Below are positions 39,772 through 52,632 of a stretch of DNA of 64,000 bases, in pieces (the first letter of the stretch is position 1; each line of letters opens with the position of its first letter). The DNA comes from Adineta vaga (Eukaryota; Animalia; Rotifera). The DNA is taken from positions 7,688,001 through 7,752,000 of the forward strand of contig CP075497.1 in the NCBI GenBank assembly GCA_021613535.1, given 5' to 3'. The notes beneath the pieces were generated by a model. It had not been told where the DNA came from. It saw only the letters and a list, made by a program, of their open reading frames with translations, and did no database searches. A program made the translations under genes and the position numbers.

Positions 39772-40485
39772 TTATCTTGTCATATTAATGATATCATTTA
39801 AACAATGTTGAATTTTAAGTAAATCTTCGTCACGTGATAATCGATGATCACCATCATGTATCAAGCGAATCTCTATTGCTCCTTGTCTATTAATTTGTAA
39901 ACGACTGACAAGATCAATAACTCTTTGATAAGATGCATCAACATCATGCATACCATGCATAAAAATCAATATACAATTAATCGATTCTATTTGAATAGTA
40001 TCACATTCAACTGGTAATAGATATTGTTTCGAATCGAGTAACATAGAAACAGGTATATCGTAATAACCAGTCGATGAATAAGAACTCGGACGACGATAAA
40101 TATACGTACGATCTGAACGATGTATGTTCGATTCGATTTCATTCAACCATTTTTCTGTGCCGTTGATACTTGTACCTAATGCAAGGATACCATGAATGCG
40201 AGATTTTAATGAAGTATCTACTTCTTTACGAAGAAGTACTAGAAGAGCAAGCCATGCACCAAGACTAGAACCGATTAGAATAAGTTTGTCGGTAGATGTT
40301 TCATGATCAAGAATAGATAAGAGATGATGAAACCAAGTTCCTACAGATGCATTTGGTGATACAAAATCATGATTGAATGTAACAAAACGATGACGATGTT
40401 CATGGCACCAAGTCTGAAGAAATATGGATTTTCTAGATGGAACTACTGATTGATATCCAGGAATGAAGACAATTACAAATGACAT
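39772..40485 (-). CDS. Alpha/beta hydrolase, ABHD10-like, intronless
   Basis: VFIPGY, nucleophile GSSLG, HGMHD and GDHRLS give a Ser-Asp-His triad. Confidence 0.85.
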   Translation of the reverse strand: MSFVIVFIPGYQSVVPSRKSIFLQTWCHEHRHRFVTFNHDFVSPNASVGTWFHHLLSILDHETSTDKLILIGSSLGAWLALLVLLRKEVDTSLKSRIHGILALGTSINGTEKWLNEIESNIHRSDRTYIYRRPSSYSSTGYYDIPVSMLLDSKQYLLPVECDTIQIESINCILIFMHGMHDVDASYQRVIDLVSRLQINRQGAIEIRLIHDGDHRLSRDEDLLKIQHCLNDIINMTR

Positions 40486-41694
40486 TTCAATTGAAGATAT
40501 TTATCTATCAGAAAACAAAATATTCTCTTCGGTTGATTTGTACATTGCTATGAAAAATAACTAAAAGATAGGCTTACCCTTCTCATTACTTTTGATCTCA
40601 TGGATGTGTTTAAAAATCTTAGCAATCTCATGTAATTTCTTATTCAGAAATTACCTATTCAACTTGTGTTATATGTAACTCGTTCGATGACATTGTATAC
40701 TTGACGCAGTCTGATTTCTATGAAATAATACTCTGAATAGAATATATATATACATATCAATGTAGTAGACGATTAGCTGTCATAGGATATGTATGTATAT
40801 TGTCGACAATCACCATTCGCGAGTCTGACCTTTATTAAGTTACTATTGCATCGTTATCAACTCATGAGATGTGAGGAATAACATATCTTTGAAAACATCA
40901 TTAATTAAGACCAAATGAGTATTGAGAATTGTGTATTATAATAATGAACAAAAACTACATTTGCATATCTCATATCAAAAGTATTGAATCAATCAAAGGA
41001 TATAGTAGGAAGTAAATCCTCTTGCATAGTAAGTTGTGTAATCTTTATTATAAAAAAAACTCATTTCATCTAAATGTCTCGCAGTGCACATATCTCACAT
41101 TACTCGAAAAAAAAAGAAAATAATTTATTTCCTCTTTTTCATAGCAGATGACTTCAGTTATACAAAGCAAATATTTTTATCAATTTGAAATATTTGAAAT
41201 ATTCTTTCGTTGTATATCCAATCTAACATATTATTCTTTCACATGTTTATGTCATTCTTTTCTCTCCTCCCTCTGACATGCCATGTTCGCGCCATCGCAC
41301 TATTTACCGCCATTTCGACAGTTGATCTGAGGCCAGTTAGAAAAGATAGATATATTTGCATATATGTATACAATACGTCCATCTATTTTTCTTGTTCTTC
41401 CTTCGGGTCATTTGAGAAATGAAGAAGAGAAGAACGAATGAATGCGTGTGCGCGCATGTATGTGTGTGTGTGTGCGAACAGTTAACTCGTCGGTCTGTCT
41501 GTCCGACCATTCTGTTCACTCGCTCCTTTTTTTTCTCTCCATAGGGACAAGCATACAAAAAAAAGAAGAAATAAAGAGGAAGAGAATTGCTGACCTGTGT
41601 TTCATACATGTGCATATATTTCATTCGAATGCACTGCCATTGTATATAAGTTTAGTTTGTTGTTTTTTCTCTTGTAGATAGGTTAAAACTTGTC

Positions 41695-43392
41695 ATGTTG
41701 TACGATTTAGTAAGTTGATTGATTACATTCAAATTCATTATTTACTATTCGTTTTTCTGTAGATCGGTGTTTACGGGAAGGTTGGTCAAAGTGGACGAAA
41801 TGTAAGTCTAAAACGAAATCATATATTTGGTTTATTTGAATTAATTATTTTAGGATGATGATGTCTATGATCGATATAGTCATCGTTGGACAATAATTTT
41901 ACTCAGTGTTTTTATTATTGCTATCAGTGCAAAACAATTTGTTGGTATGTGTATACTTCGTTTTTACTGTTTCTTCGTATTATGTAACGTTTTGTTTTAG
42001 GTACACCAATTGAATGCATTCCACCAGCTGATTTTGCCGGAAATCATAAAACTTACGTGGAAAATTTCTGTTGGATTCATTATACGTATTCAGGTAAAAA
42101 CGAAATCTTTAGCATTTTTTTCTTTTTAATGCAAATTCGTTGTCTTCTTCTTCGTAGTGGATGAGAGCACGGCTTTAACACGTGATTTTGTTCGCGGTGC
42201 TAATGGTTCTCATAAAACGCCGTATTATATTTGGATTCCATATATATTCATTGCTGCTGCTTTATGCACGTATTTACCAGCATGGTTATGGCATGTGATT
42301 GGTCATCGAGCAACATTTGATGTTCCAGCAATGATTAATCAATTATCGAAAATGAAATTAACAAGTCCAGACGATCGTCGAGCGAATTTAACTATAATGG
42401 CAAAACATTATGAGAAGGTTGAACAATATTCACGATCAAATATTCGTGCTACAGATAATCTATTTAAAAGAACAATGTCTGCATGTATGTTCTTTGCTGG
42501 CGGAGGAGTATTAACAGGTAAATATCCATGTGATTATTCGATGGAATTTGATAACATTTAAAATATCTTAGGAATTTATTTTCTGATTAAAATTTGTTAT
42601 TTAATCAATGGTATTGGTCAATTCTTTCTTATGAATCATTTTCTTAATATTGATTACTGGTCATATGGTCAAAAAGTTCTCTATGGAGTATTTAGTGGTC
42701 GTGATTGGATGGAAAATAAATTATATTTTCCACGTATTGTTTATTGTGACTTTGCTATCCGATATTTAGGAGATAATAATCTTAATTATACGGTAAATAT
42801 ACAAATGGTTCTCATTATTTTCGAATGATTGTTTGTTTTCTTTATTTAGGTTCAATGTACATTACCTGTTAATCTTTACAATGAACGTATTTTTGCATTC
42901 TATTGGTTTTGGTTAATATTTTTAACATGTGCAACATTCTACGGTATTGTAATTTGGCTTGGACAAATGAGTTATCGTGGACGTCGTAGTTTTTTAAAGA
43001 AACATTTACGTATTAATCGTGAGTTAGCAATGACACAACATGAACGACGTTTATTTGAATCATTTGCTGATCGTTATCTGGGTGGTGATGGTATACTTTT
43101 TCTCCGACTTGTTGCAAAAAATACTAATCCAGTTGTTGCAGGTAAATAGATCGTATTTGATGAAAAGTTCCGTTTTTTTTTTTCAAAATAATTCATTTTA
43201 GGTGAACTGCTGGGAATTATGTGGGATCGATTTGTCACACGTGAGAATGCAGTTGTTATTGTTGCTTCATTGGGAGCGGCTGATACGAATGGTAAAACAC
43301 TGGATTCAGATACGTATTTGAATGGTGGTGGTACGGGAAAATTTATCGATGATCGTACATTACCTTTCAATCAACCATTAAAACAAGATTAA
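41695..43392 (+). CDS. Innexin (gap junction protein), multi-exon
   Basis: DDDVYDRYSH, KQFVGTPIEC, ENFCWI, YYIWIPY (YYQW-like), FPRIVYCDF, QCTLPVNLYNERIF and LGGDGILFLRLV motifs. Confidence 0.93.
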
Positions 43393-43797
43393 ATCTACTT
43401 ATATTATAAAGAAAAAAAGAGAAAGAACATTGTCCTATTCTAGATATTAGTTGTCATTAGCATTTTCCTTGTCATCTCTATCTGAATTTTTCGTTTTTCT
43501 TCTCATCTATATATATAACTTCTGTTTTGGAAATGATGATTGTGAACTCTATCCAGATAAGAGCGTCATCTATATTGTGAAACATTTGTTTTCTTTCTCG
43601 GTTTTTTTCTCTTTTGCTGAAGATAAAAATATCAAAAAAGCTTCCTTTTGTTGGTTTTTTCTTTTCTGTTCTGTGTGATTGCAATAGATCCTACGATGAA
43701 AAAGAGCCTTTTTGTCTTGAATGAAATTGAATGATGATTGAGAGATGTATATAGTATCTATGCAATTCAATTCATTTTCTCCTTTTCAGATAAAAGT

Positions 43798-45912
43798 ATG
43801 AGTCAACCAATATATGATCCAAAGCAAGGTGAGAAAGATTTTCTTGAAATTTTATAATTATTTTCATTACTTGTTTTAGGAGGTTTTCGTGTATTTATTG
43901 GAAATTTGGGTGCACGAACGAATATATCTGAATTACAACATGAATGTGAACGATATGGTCCATTAGTAGATTGTTGGGTTGCTCGGTAAGTTCTCTTACA
44001 ACAGTGAGAAGTAAAGTCTATGAAAAAAATATTTCGATTTGATTTCATTCATTTGTGGAGGTATGTGAATGAAATCGAAAAAGAAAAAATTCTATTGAGA
44101 CAAATAAATAATGAACTTTGATCATCCATCTTTCAGTTACTACGATTGGTCTCTGCTTGGTTATCAAAAAAAGACAGCATGATTCTACACATTTGTCAAA
44201 TCGTCTAACGTCTATACAGAAAATATCATACGTCTTTTTGTCTACTTCTGAGCGTCGCAACAACCGCTCGCAGCGAATTTTATCTACACCCGTCGTCTTC
44301 CTACGACATCTCATCTCTTCTCTTCTCATCTCATGCGCTCCTTCTCTCCTAAATCTTCCTCTTCTGCACTTACAACAACATCTTCATTCAGCAAATGTTC
44401 ATATATATCCATTTTTCATATGGACATATATGTATATATAAACAAATAAAACTATGCATAAATAGAAGTTTTGAGGTAAGTAATTGATGTCAGCAATATC
44501 AATAGACAGAACGGCACAGCGAGAGAGACAGAGAGCGAAAAAAATAGTGTTTTGCTATGATAATAAATATCAGTTCGATTGTATTTGTATTGTTTTGTTG
44601 AATGTAAATTTCGTAGAAGAAAATAATATGTCTTTTAATATTATTCTAGCAATCCACCGGGATTTGCATTTATACTTTACAAATATGGTGAAGATGCCGA
44701 TACAGCTGTACGAAGTAAGTCTTATGCTTATTTTAAAATACAGAAAATATTAAAGATTATTTTATTTAGATATGGATGGACGGTATGAAGAAGATTTGAA
44801 AGAGATAGTCCGATCTATTAGATGCGTTTATATTTAGTGTGGTATGTGGACAACGTGTAAGAGTAGAACATGCTAAAGCTCGTTCAGCGAATTATCGTGG
44901 TGGACCTACATATGGTGGTTATCGAGGTGGAAAGTAAGTGGAAATTGGTTAAAACGACTAAAATATATGAGGAACATTTATTTTAGTGATGACGCTCATG
45001 ATGGTCATGGAAATGGTCGAGATGATGATCGAAGGTAAGATTGGAAACTATTGATATTTGTAAATAACTGTATCTTTTTCAGACGTCCACGTCGCCGTTC
45101 ACGTGATCGGTATGATTTGATATTTATTCATGATTATCCTCTCATTTCATTATTGCATTTTAGTCGTTCACGCTCTCGTAGCAGTAGTCGAGAACGTACA
45201 AAAAAGAAGTATGCTCTGTGATAGTAATTTATTGGTTATCTCAACGATTAATTTAGATCATCTCGTCGACGACGTAGTCATAGTGATTCCAGTCAAGAAA
45301 GTAGCCGTGAACGTTCCTCGAAACGAAAGAATCGGTATGTTAATCTTTATAAAAAAAAATAGAAAACAGATTTTCTTAGAAATTTCTTATTTTTTTCATA
45401 GTCGTTCACCTGATCGAAGTGATTCCGATGATTCCAGCGATGAACGTAGTAAAAAACAATCTGGTGGTGATTCTAGTAGTAAACGTCGTCGATCAAAATC
45501 AAAATCATCTGATGATAAAAAGAGTAGTCGTTCAAAACATCGTTCATCACGATCTGAATCAAAAGATAATGATAATGGAGAGGATCGAACATCCAATCAT
45601 TCAAAAGCAGGTTCAGCTTCACCCAAACGAGAAGAACGTCGCAAAAGTAATGATGGCGAGATTGAAACTGATGGCGATCGACCAGTAAGACAAAGTTGTT
45701 TACTGTTTTTCTTTCTAAAATATATTTGATTTAATTTTTAGAAATCATCACGTCGTAAATCCCCAGATGATCGTAGTGATGGAAGTGATAATGAAAGTAA
45801 TAATAGTGCGAAGAAAAAACGTAATCATCATAATTCAGGTGATGACGATATGGATGATAAATGTGGCAATGAATCGGATCATTCAAACGCTGAAAGTGGT
45901 GATCAAGATTAA
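43798..45912 (+). CDS. SR splicing factor, SRSF3/SRSF7 (Rbp1-like) family, with long RS/acidic tail; multi-exon
   Basis: RRM RVFIGNL..YGPLVDCWVARNPPGFAF..DAD.AVR.MDGR.VCGQRVRVE followed by RS repeats. Confidence 0.88.
44137..44475 (+). other. Predicted poison (premature-stop) cassette exon within the SR-protein gene
   Basis: TTTCAG acceptor at 44135-36, G|GTAAGT donor at 44476, in-frame TGA at 44180-82, and a C-rich CNNC tract. Confidence 0.6.
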
Positions 45913-46229
45913 TAATATAAACAAAATATTTTCTTTTTCTACATGTTTGCTGTTCTACTTCGCATTCTAGTGAACTTAGTTTTTCATTCTTTCGACATCA
46001 AAATGAAATGTATACAGTTGTTGTTGTTTTTTTCTGCTTGCTATCTGTCATTCTCCTCAAACTATCCTTGTTTTTTTGTGTTGACTGTCAATTGGATTAT
46101 TCATTTTCGTGTATTTGTGTGTATTTTCTTCACTTGAAGAACAAAAAGAAAGAAAAGAAAAGAAAGAAAGAAAATAACAAGCAGTGGATTTATTTGTTTG
46201 ATCTTGTATCTGTTTGTTTTCATCTGTAG

Positions 46230-47532
46230 ATGTCAACTACATTAGAAACATTTCAATCTTTGTTTAATGGAAATACGAAAAATAAAAGTTATCGAACAGA
46301 TAGTGGCAAAGTTCATACCATAGATTGGAATGTTGATGGAAGTCGCTTAGCAAGTGGATCGTTAGATAAAAGTGTGGTTATATTTGCCTATGATGGAAAA
46401 GGTTCAATGGTAGGTAAGAAATATCAATAATAATCAGTGATATAAGATCGATATGTTTATTTGATAGGTAAAAGATCGTACTTATCGTGAACACGGACAG
46501 GAGATCAATCAACTTGCATGGCATCCATCGATTTCACATTATGTAGCCACAGCAAGTGCAGATCGATTAGTGAAAATATTTGATACGAGAACGGATCGTT
46601 CGAACACAACTATTGAAACAAAAGGTTCGTTTTTCTCAAATATTATTTTATTAATTTATTAAGCTGATGTCTAGGAGAAAATATCAATCTTGCCTGGTCA
46701 CCAGATGGTACAATACTAGCTGTTGGAAATAAAGATGATCTCATTACATTTATTGATGTGAAAACTTCTAAGTTAGTTCTTGTTCACATTCCTTAGAGTA
46801 CAGACGAATAAGTATGATTTTCTTTTTTTATTTAGAATTATACGTGAAGAACAATTTCGTTATGAAGTCAATGAAATATCTTGGGATCAAACGGGAAATC
46901 TATTTGCTATTACTACCGGACATGGTTCAGTGGTGTTTTTTGAGTAAATCAATAGTTTATCTGAGTTTGAAAAATGAAATAATTGATCTCATTTATACTA
47001 GTGCACTTGGTATTCAAAAAGAGAAGGATAAACCTCTAGAAGAATTACATTGTTTAACAGCACACACGGGCAATTGTATTTGTCTTGAATTTGATGCAAC
47101 AGGAAAATATTTTGCAGTTGGCGCGGCTGATGCATCAGCATCTATTTGGGATGTTTCTCAACTTGTCTGTTTGACTGTTCTTACCAGGTTAGTTTAACAA
47201 ATTGATCATATCGATACATTACATGTTCGTATTTTTGTTAAATAGAATTGAATGGGCTGTACGTGGTCTTAGTTTTGGGTGTCAATCACAATTACTTGCA
47301 TTAGCATCGGAAGATCCTTATATAGAAATTGCTAAAGTTGATACAGGTATATGGAGAGAGATTTGATTGAATACAAAAAATATGAATAAATTTTCGTTTA
47401 GGTGAACGTGTTTATGCATTAAAATGTGATGCACAAACATTGACAGTTGCATGGCATCCAAAAGCATCTGTACTTGCTTATGTTCTAGATGATGATTCGG
47501 GAAGTGTGCGTCTCTTTGGTGTACTTGACTGA
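46230..47532 (+). CDS. THOC3: THO complex subunit 3 (WD40), multi-exon
   Basis: KVHTIDWNVDGSRLASGSLDKSV, TKGENINLAWSPDG, EVNEISW, AHTGNCICLEFD..FAVGAADA, ASEDPYIEIA and TVAWHP motifs. Confidence 0.92.
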
Positions 47533-47806
47533 TGTATTATTTTGTTATTTGTTGTACTTTGTGATGAGAGAGAGAGACACACACCCTCAAACGTCTGTTT
47601 TATGTTTGTTGATATCTTTCAAGTATCTGTAAGATATTTGAATTATTAAAACATTGAATTAAATATGTTCTCATACAAATGTATGATATTTAATAGTAAT
47701 AGTTTTCGATAATGATATGTCAGCGCTTACCTCCTACACTAGAAAGATTTAATCTATATTTATAATATTGTTATAAGAATGAAGTATAATCATTTATTTA
47801 TTTCAA

Positions 47807-48601
47807 TCAATAAACATCTCTCATTTCGATATATGATCCAACTCGTTCTAAATTCGGAGGACTACTTATTTTCCTATACTGTAAAAGAAATATATTGACA
47901 AACAAAACTTCCGTTAGTGTCAATAAAATAATTGTCATAAATGATATGTTCAATTGAATTGATAAAAGAATAATCTCCAAAATAACCAAAGAACAAAAAA
48001 GTATAACCAAACAGATACGTCCATACAAATGTCGTGCAAATTTATATGCAAGTGGATAAAGTGCTTCAACCATTGATAAAATACCTGCACAAACACCAAG
48101 TTGATTGAGAATATCCATTGTTCCTTGATCAGGAAGAACGAAACCGTAACATACAGCATAACTTGCTGACATATTACTTGGAATTGTTGGTTTATCAGGT
48201 TCACAAACAAATTCATACAATGGTCTAAATGACGTTAGTTTTGATCTGAATAGGTAACAATTTGGTGTTCGATCTGAACATAATTTTTTCGAATAGACAT
48301 GTCGTGTAGAAAAAACACATCCTTCAATAAATACTAAAATGATTACTAGAAGACACATTCCAAGTGCAATTACGAAAGGTAAACGACTCGATAATGTTTT
48401 CGAAATTTCGAATTTATCATTACATACATCGATAACAATATATTCATCACCAAGACTTCGTACTAGTTTAAAACGAAAGAATGATTCCAATAAAATACCA
48501 AGTCGTCGAAGAGGTAGAACAAATAAAACAAGTAAACCAACGATGACAATAAATGAAATCGAACCAAACAATATCGCACTATAAGCTCCATAGGATAACA
48601 T
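47807..48601 (-). CDS. Hypothetical multi-pass membrane protein, intronless
   Basis: 264-aa ORF with about 5 hydrophobic segments and a Cys-containing loop. No family recognised. Confidence 0.7.
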   Translation of the reverse strand: MLSYGAYSAILFGSISFIVIVGLLVLFVLPLRRLGILLESFFRFKLVRSLGDEYIVIDVCNDKFEISKTLSSRLPFVIALGMCLLVIILVFIEGCVFSTRHVYSKKLCSDRTPNCYLFRSKLTSFRPLYEFVCEPDKPTIPSNMSASYAVCYGFVLPDQGTMDILNQLGVCAGILSMVEALYPLAYKFARHLYGRICLVILFCSLVILEIILLSIQLNISFMTIILLTLTEVLFVNIFLLQYRKISSPPNLERVGSYIEMRDVY

Positions 48602-49562
48602 AACCGTATGAATTAAATACGCATGAAATTCAAAATTCGTCCACTAACTATAATATGAAGGAATATGGTATTAAATAAACTTGTTCAAATCATATTCATG
48701 TAAATGCATGGATCTCACTCAGTTTTTCATTGCTTTTACACGAACTAAAGTAATACGATATACTAACTACAAATTATCTTCATTGATAGACTCATTTTTC
48801 TACGCTATGAAATTCTTTTATATTCCTAAGATCAATGAGAAAGAATATATTAAATTAAAAATGGATGAGAATATTTTTAAATAAAGAGAAATATTTTATC
48901 GTAGATAAACAATCGTGACATCAGTTTTATTGTCTTTCTTATCTACTCTGATGAATAATATAGACACGAAGGACAACACAATTTTATAATCAGTAATCAT
49001 TGTACGTAGGTTGTAAAACTAATACAGAATCATTTGCATATCAACTGATTTTTTGACGATATAAATGGCATAATCATATATTTTTCTTTACTTATGAATT
49101 AAACAATATCATGCTGATCTTCGGATAAGCACTGATTAAAACAACATATGACGTATGACTAAGATTCATCTGATATAATGTTTTTTCTCGTTTATTTTTT
49201 TCGAAAACAAAAACTGTTCACTGAAACGAACAACAAACGCACACAAGGAATAATGAACGGATGACAATGTATAAAAACAAACGAAGAATAGGCACATAAA
49301 ACATGGCATAAGAGAGGAGGAAAAATTTTCTTCAATAATGATCGCTAAAAAAAGGAAACGTTCGTCGATCTATATACATAATCGAAGGGATATTCTTTAA
49401 AAAAAAACAAGGAAAAATGTCGTATTTATACAGTTAATAAAGTGCAATCACCATAGATAAAAGAATGAGGAGAAAAAGAAAAGAACGAAGTAGTATTGCT
49501 CTCAATTAATGAAAACACACACACACACATGCACACATACACGCTCATATAAATACAATTGA

Positions 49563-50787
49563 TTATGCTTTTTCATCATAATCATTAAGAAAATCAAAGC
49601 TGGTTAAATCTGGTTCATTACTTGACTGATTTGTCGATGTATTAATTAATGTTGACGATGATGAATTTGCATTATTGGATCGAAAAAATTGTGCTTCCAT
49701 TAATTTTGGTCGTTGTTTATTTGAACGACCTTTTACTTTTAATTCATCATTTTTCATTCGAATACGATGTTTACCGTCGATACGACCGCCAGCATTGGCA
49801 TACAATTCACTTAAACGACTAGTTTCATCATCAGCAGTTGATGATGATGAATCACTAAGCATATCAAAACTTGATTCACCCATACTGCTTTGTTTTGGTA
49901 CGACAGCCGCATCATTGATCATTGGTTCATTTTGATAACGATGTCGAAAATTTAATATTGTTTGACTTTGATCATTTGTATCGATTAATTTTTGTTCTGT
50001 TTCTTCTTCCTCAGTTTCATCATCACTTAACGTCAATCGTTGACGTTCGTCTTGATGTTGTTGTTTATTTGTTAGAAATTCTTGTTGTAAAAGTTCACGT
50101 TGTTGTTTTAATCGACGAACATCATCATCATCATCATCATTATTCAAACCAGTTTTATCAATTTTCACTAATAAATCCTTTCGATCAATCAATGAACGTC
50201 GTTTATATTCCCTAAGTTATTTAAAAACAAACATTATATTAAAGAAAATGTAAACTTTTCTTCACATACATCGATTGATCAAGTTGTTCAATAAATGGTG
50301 CTAAACGTTGAAGTAATTTTGATACTAATTTATGATAAACAACAGCTGGTAATGTAAATAAAATTAACATCGTTAAATATGATACATAGAAACCATTGAT
50401 TTTCACTCCAATTACTGCTAATGTTAAACAAATAACAATGATAATAAGTGAATATTTCACACGATTCTCTGTTTTCAATGTATTCAGTTTTTCATGTGTT
50501 TGACATAAATGACGATATGAACGCAAAAGTAATTGCGTTAATTCACAAAGATTTTTATCATCATGATCCGAAAGATGTGAACGTTTTTGTTTTAAACTAT
50601 CAAGAATATGAAAGATTAATACGACAAGAGTTATCGCACAGAACGGACGTAGGCCAGCACGTGCGATTGCATAGAAAATTGCATGGCCAAGAACAAATGC
50701 TAATAAACTAGCATAACGATTTTTCCAAAGAATAAATCGTTCAACACGATGAAATGCTGGTTCTAATGAAACGATAAGATCTTCCAT
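49563..50787 (-). CDS. Reticulophagy regulator (RETREG/FAM134)-like protein, 2 exons
   Basis: N-terminal reticulon-like hairpins (ILWKN..., GFYVSYL..FTLPAVVYH) and an acidic disordered tail with LIR-like FDML and FDFL. Intron about 50212-50269. Confidence 0.7.
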
Positions 50788-50943
50788 GTTTTATGTTTGT
50801 AAATAATCTGAAATGAAAAATAAGATTCTATGTGAATATGTTTTTTCAAATAACTATTTTTTCAGTCAACAAAAAAGAAAAAGAAAAATTTGGTTTTTGT
50901 TAATTTTTTACATTAATAACAAAGAATAGTTAATTGAATTGAA

Positions 50944-52380
50944 CTAACTAACAAGAACAATATCATTAGGATTTGATCGATTCGAATTAATGTCATTATT
51001 TGTTGTAGATGCTTGTTTACGTTGAGAATTTGTGATTGGTTTTGAATTGATTTCAATGACTAAATCAAGTTGATACCGTTCTCGACATTCGAGAAAAAAG
51101 GATTCAACATCAGCAACTGTTTTTGTTGGACCAACAATACGTGCAACAGCATCGAAATCTTTGCCATATTTTCCAAAAGCTTGAATAGCAAGAAGTATCT
51201 CTTCTGTTGACCATGTTGATGTTGTTGTTGTTGTTGTTGCATTAGAATTATTTGTCGTAGATGCTGTTGCTATTGTTGATGATGAAGTACGAAATGGAAT
51301 ACGCATTGTTTCGTTCTCATTACGAGATTGATTTAAAAGAAGTTCAATAGCTTGAGTATGTGCTTGAATAAGTGATAATTCATGATGAATATCTCCTTCA
51401 AGTTTATCAACTGGATCAATAATTTCATTAAGATCTGTATTTGATGTTGGCATATTATCATAGGAATTCATGGCAATTAAACTATCCAAATCCAATGCCA
51501 TATTTTTTGGTGGTCGTTTTATTTTTTTAAATGTTGATTTACTTGGATATAATTCTGGTCTCATTAAACCTGAATCATGCCAATAGAGATAACATGCATC
51601 ACAAAGAACACCTTTTGGAGTTGAATGCATAGGTCCAATATTATCATTTACATTGGTTACTTCACAATTACAACATTCTTGTTCATCAGTACCACTTTGA
51701 TCTATCGGTGTTCTACCTCGATGATCTAAATCTCTAAATAAATTAATTTTCAATTTGAAATTAAAATTTCAAGAAAAATAGTTACTTTGTTGGTAATGGT
51801 ATTGATGGTATATCTTTATCATCATCATCAGTATCATCATCATTCTGATGTAATAATCGATTTTGTTTTTCATGTTTATCCATTATACTTTTATGTAAAC
51901 GTGTTTTTTTCCATGAATAATAATATCGTACAAGATCACCGACACTCTTGTCAGGTAACATTTGTCTTATTCGAGAAAAGATTTTACCATAAAATTTATA
52001 AGCTTGTTCAAACAGACATTTTTCTTCCGCAGTCCATTCATCAATTTCAGGTGTATACTGTTGCATAAGTAATTTACTTGTAGAGATTTTATATTTACAT
52101 ATTTGTAAGATTGCTAAAGCTTGTTCTTCACTCATACGATGTTTTCGACGTGCAAAATCAATATAAGCGATAGATCAGAATCAGTTATTGTATCTGTTGG
52201 TCGCCAAAATAGAATTGATTCATGATCAGTAGATAATTCAATTGGTTCTAATGGTGAAATATTGGCTTGATAAGACGAACCTTCTCGAATTCGTACATCA
52301 CAATCAGATGTTGATGAGGAATCGACATCGGCCGTTGTTGATGAATTGGATTTCTTCGATGGTGTTAAGGTTAATTTCAT
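50944..52380 (-). CDS. RCOR: REST corepressor (CoREST): ELM2-SANT-zinc finger-SANT; apparent frameshift near 52172
   Basis: ELM2 IREGSSYQA..LFWRP, EQALAIL, SANT1 WTAEEKCLFEQAY..LVRYYYSWKK, RPPKNM, and SANT2 WSTEEILLAIQAFGKYGKDF. Confidence 0.88.
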
Positions 52381-52632
52381 TTTGTTTTTCTCTAGAACAA
52401 TTGACTTTAAAGTTTAGTTTTGGGTTAAACAAAAAGAAGCATCATACACAAAAGATTAAAGATAATATAGAACCGAGCAGAAGAAAAAAATGGGGTATCA
52501 CAAAAGATAAAGATAAACGAAATGTAGATTTCAATTTTAAAGATGTGAAAAACCGTACAAGGTAAATTGAATAAAGAACAAATAAAATCGTAAATGAAAC
52601 GTGTTCGTCGATCTATTTAAGTTCGTTATTAA

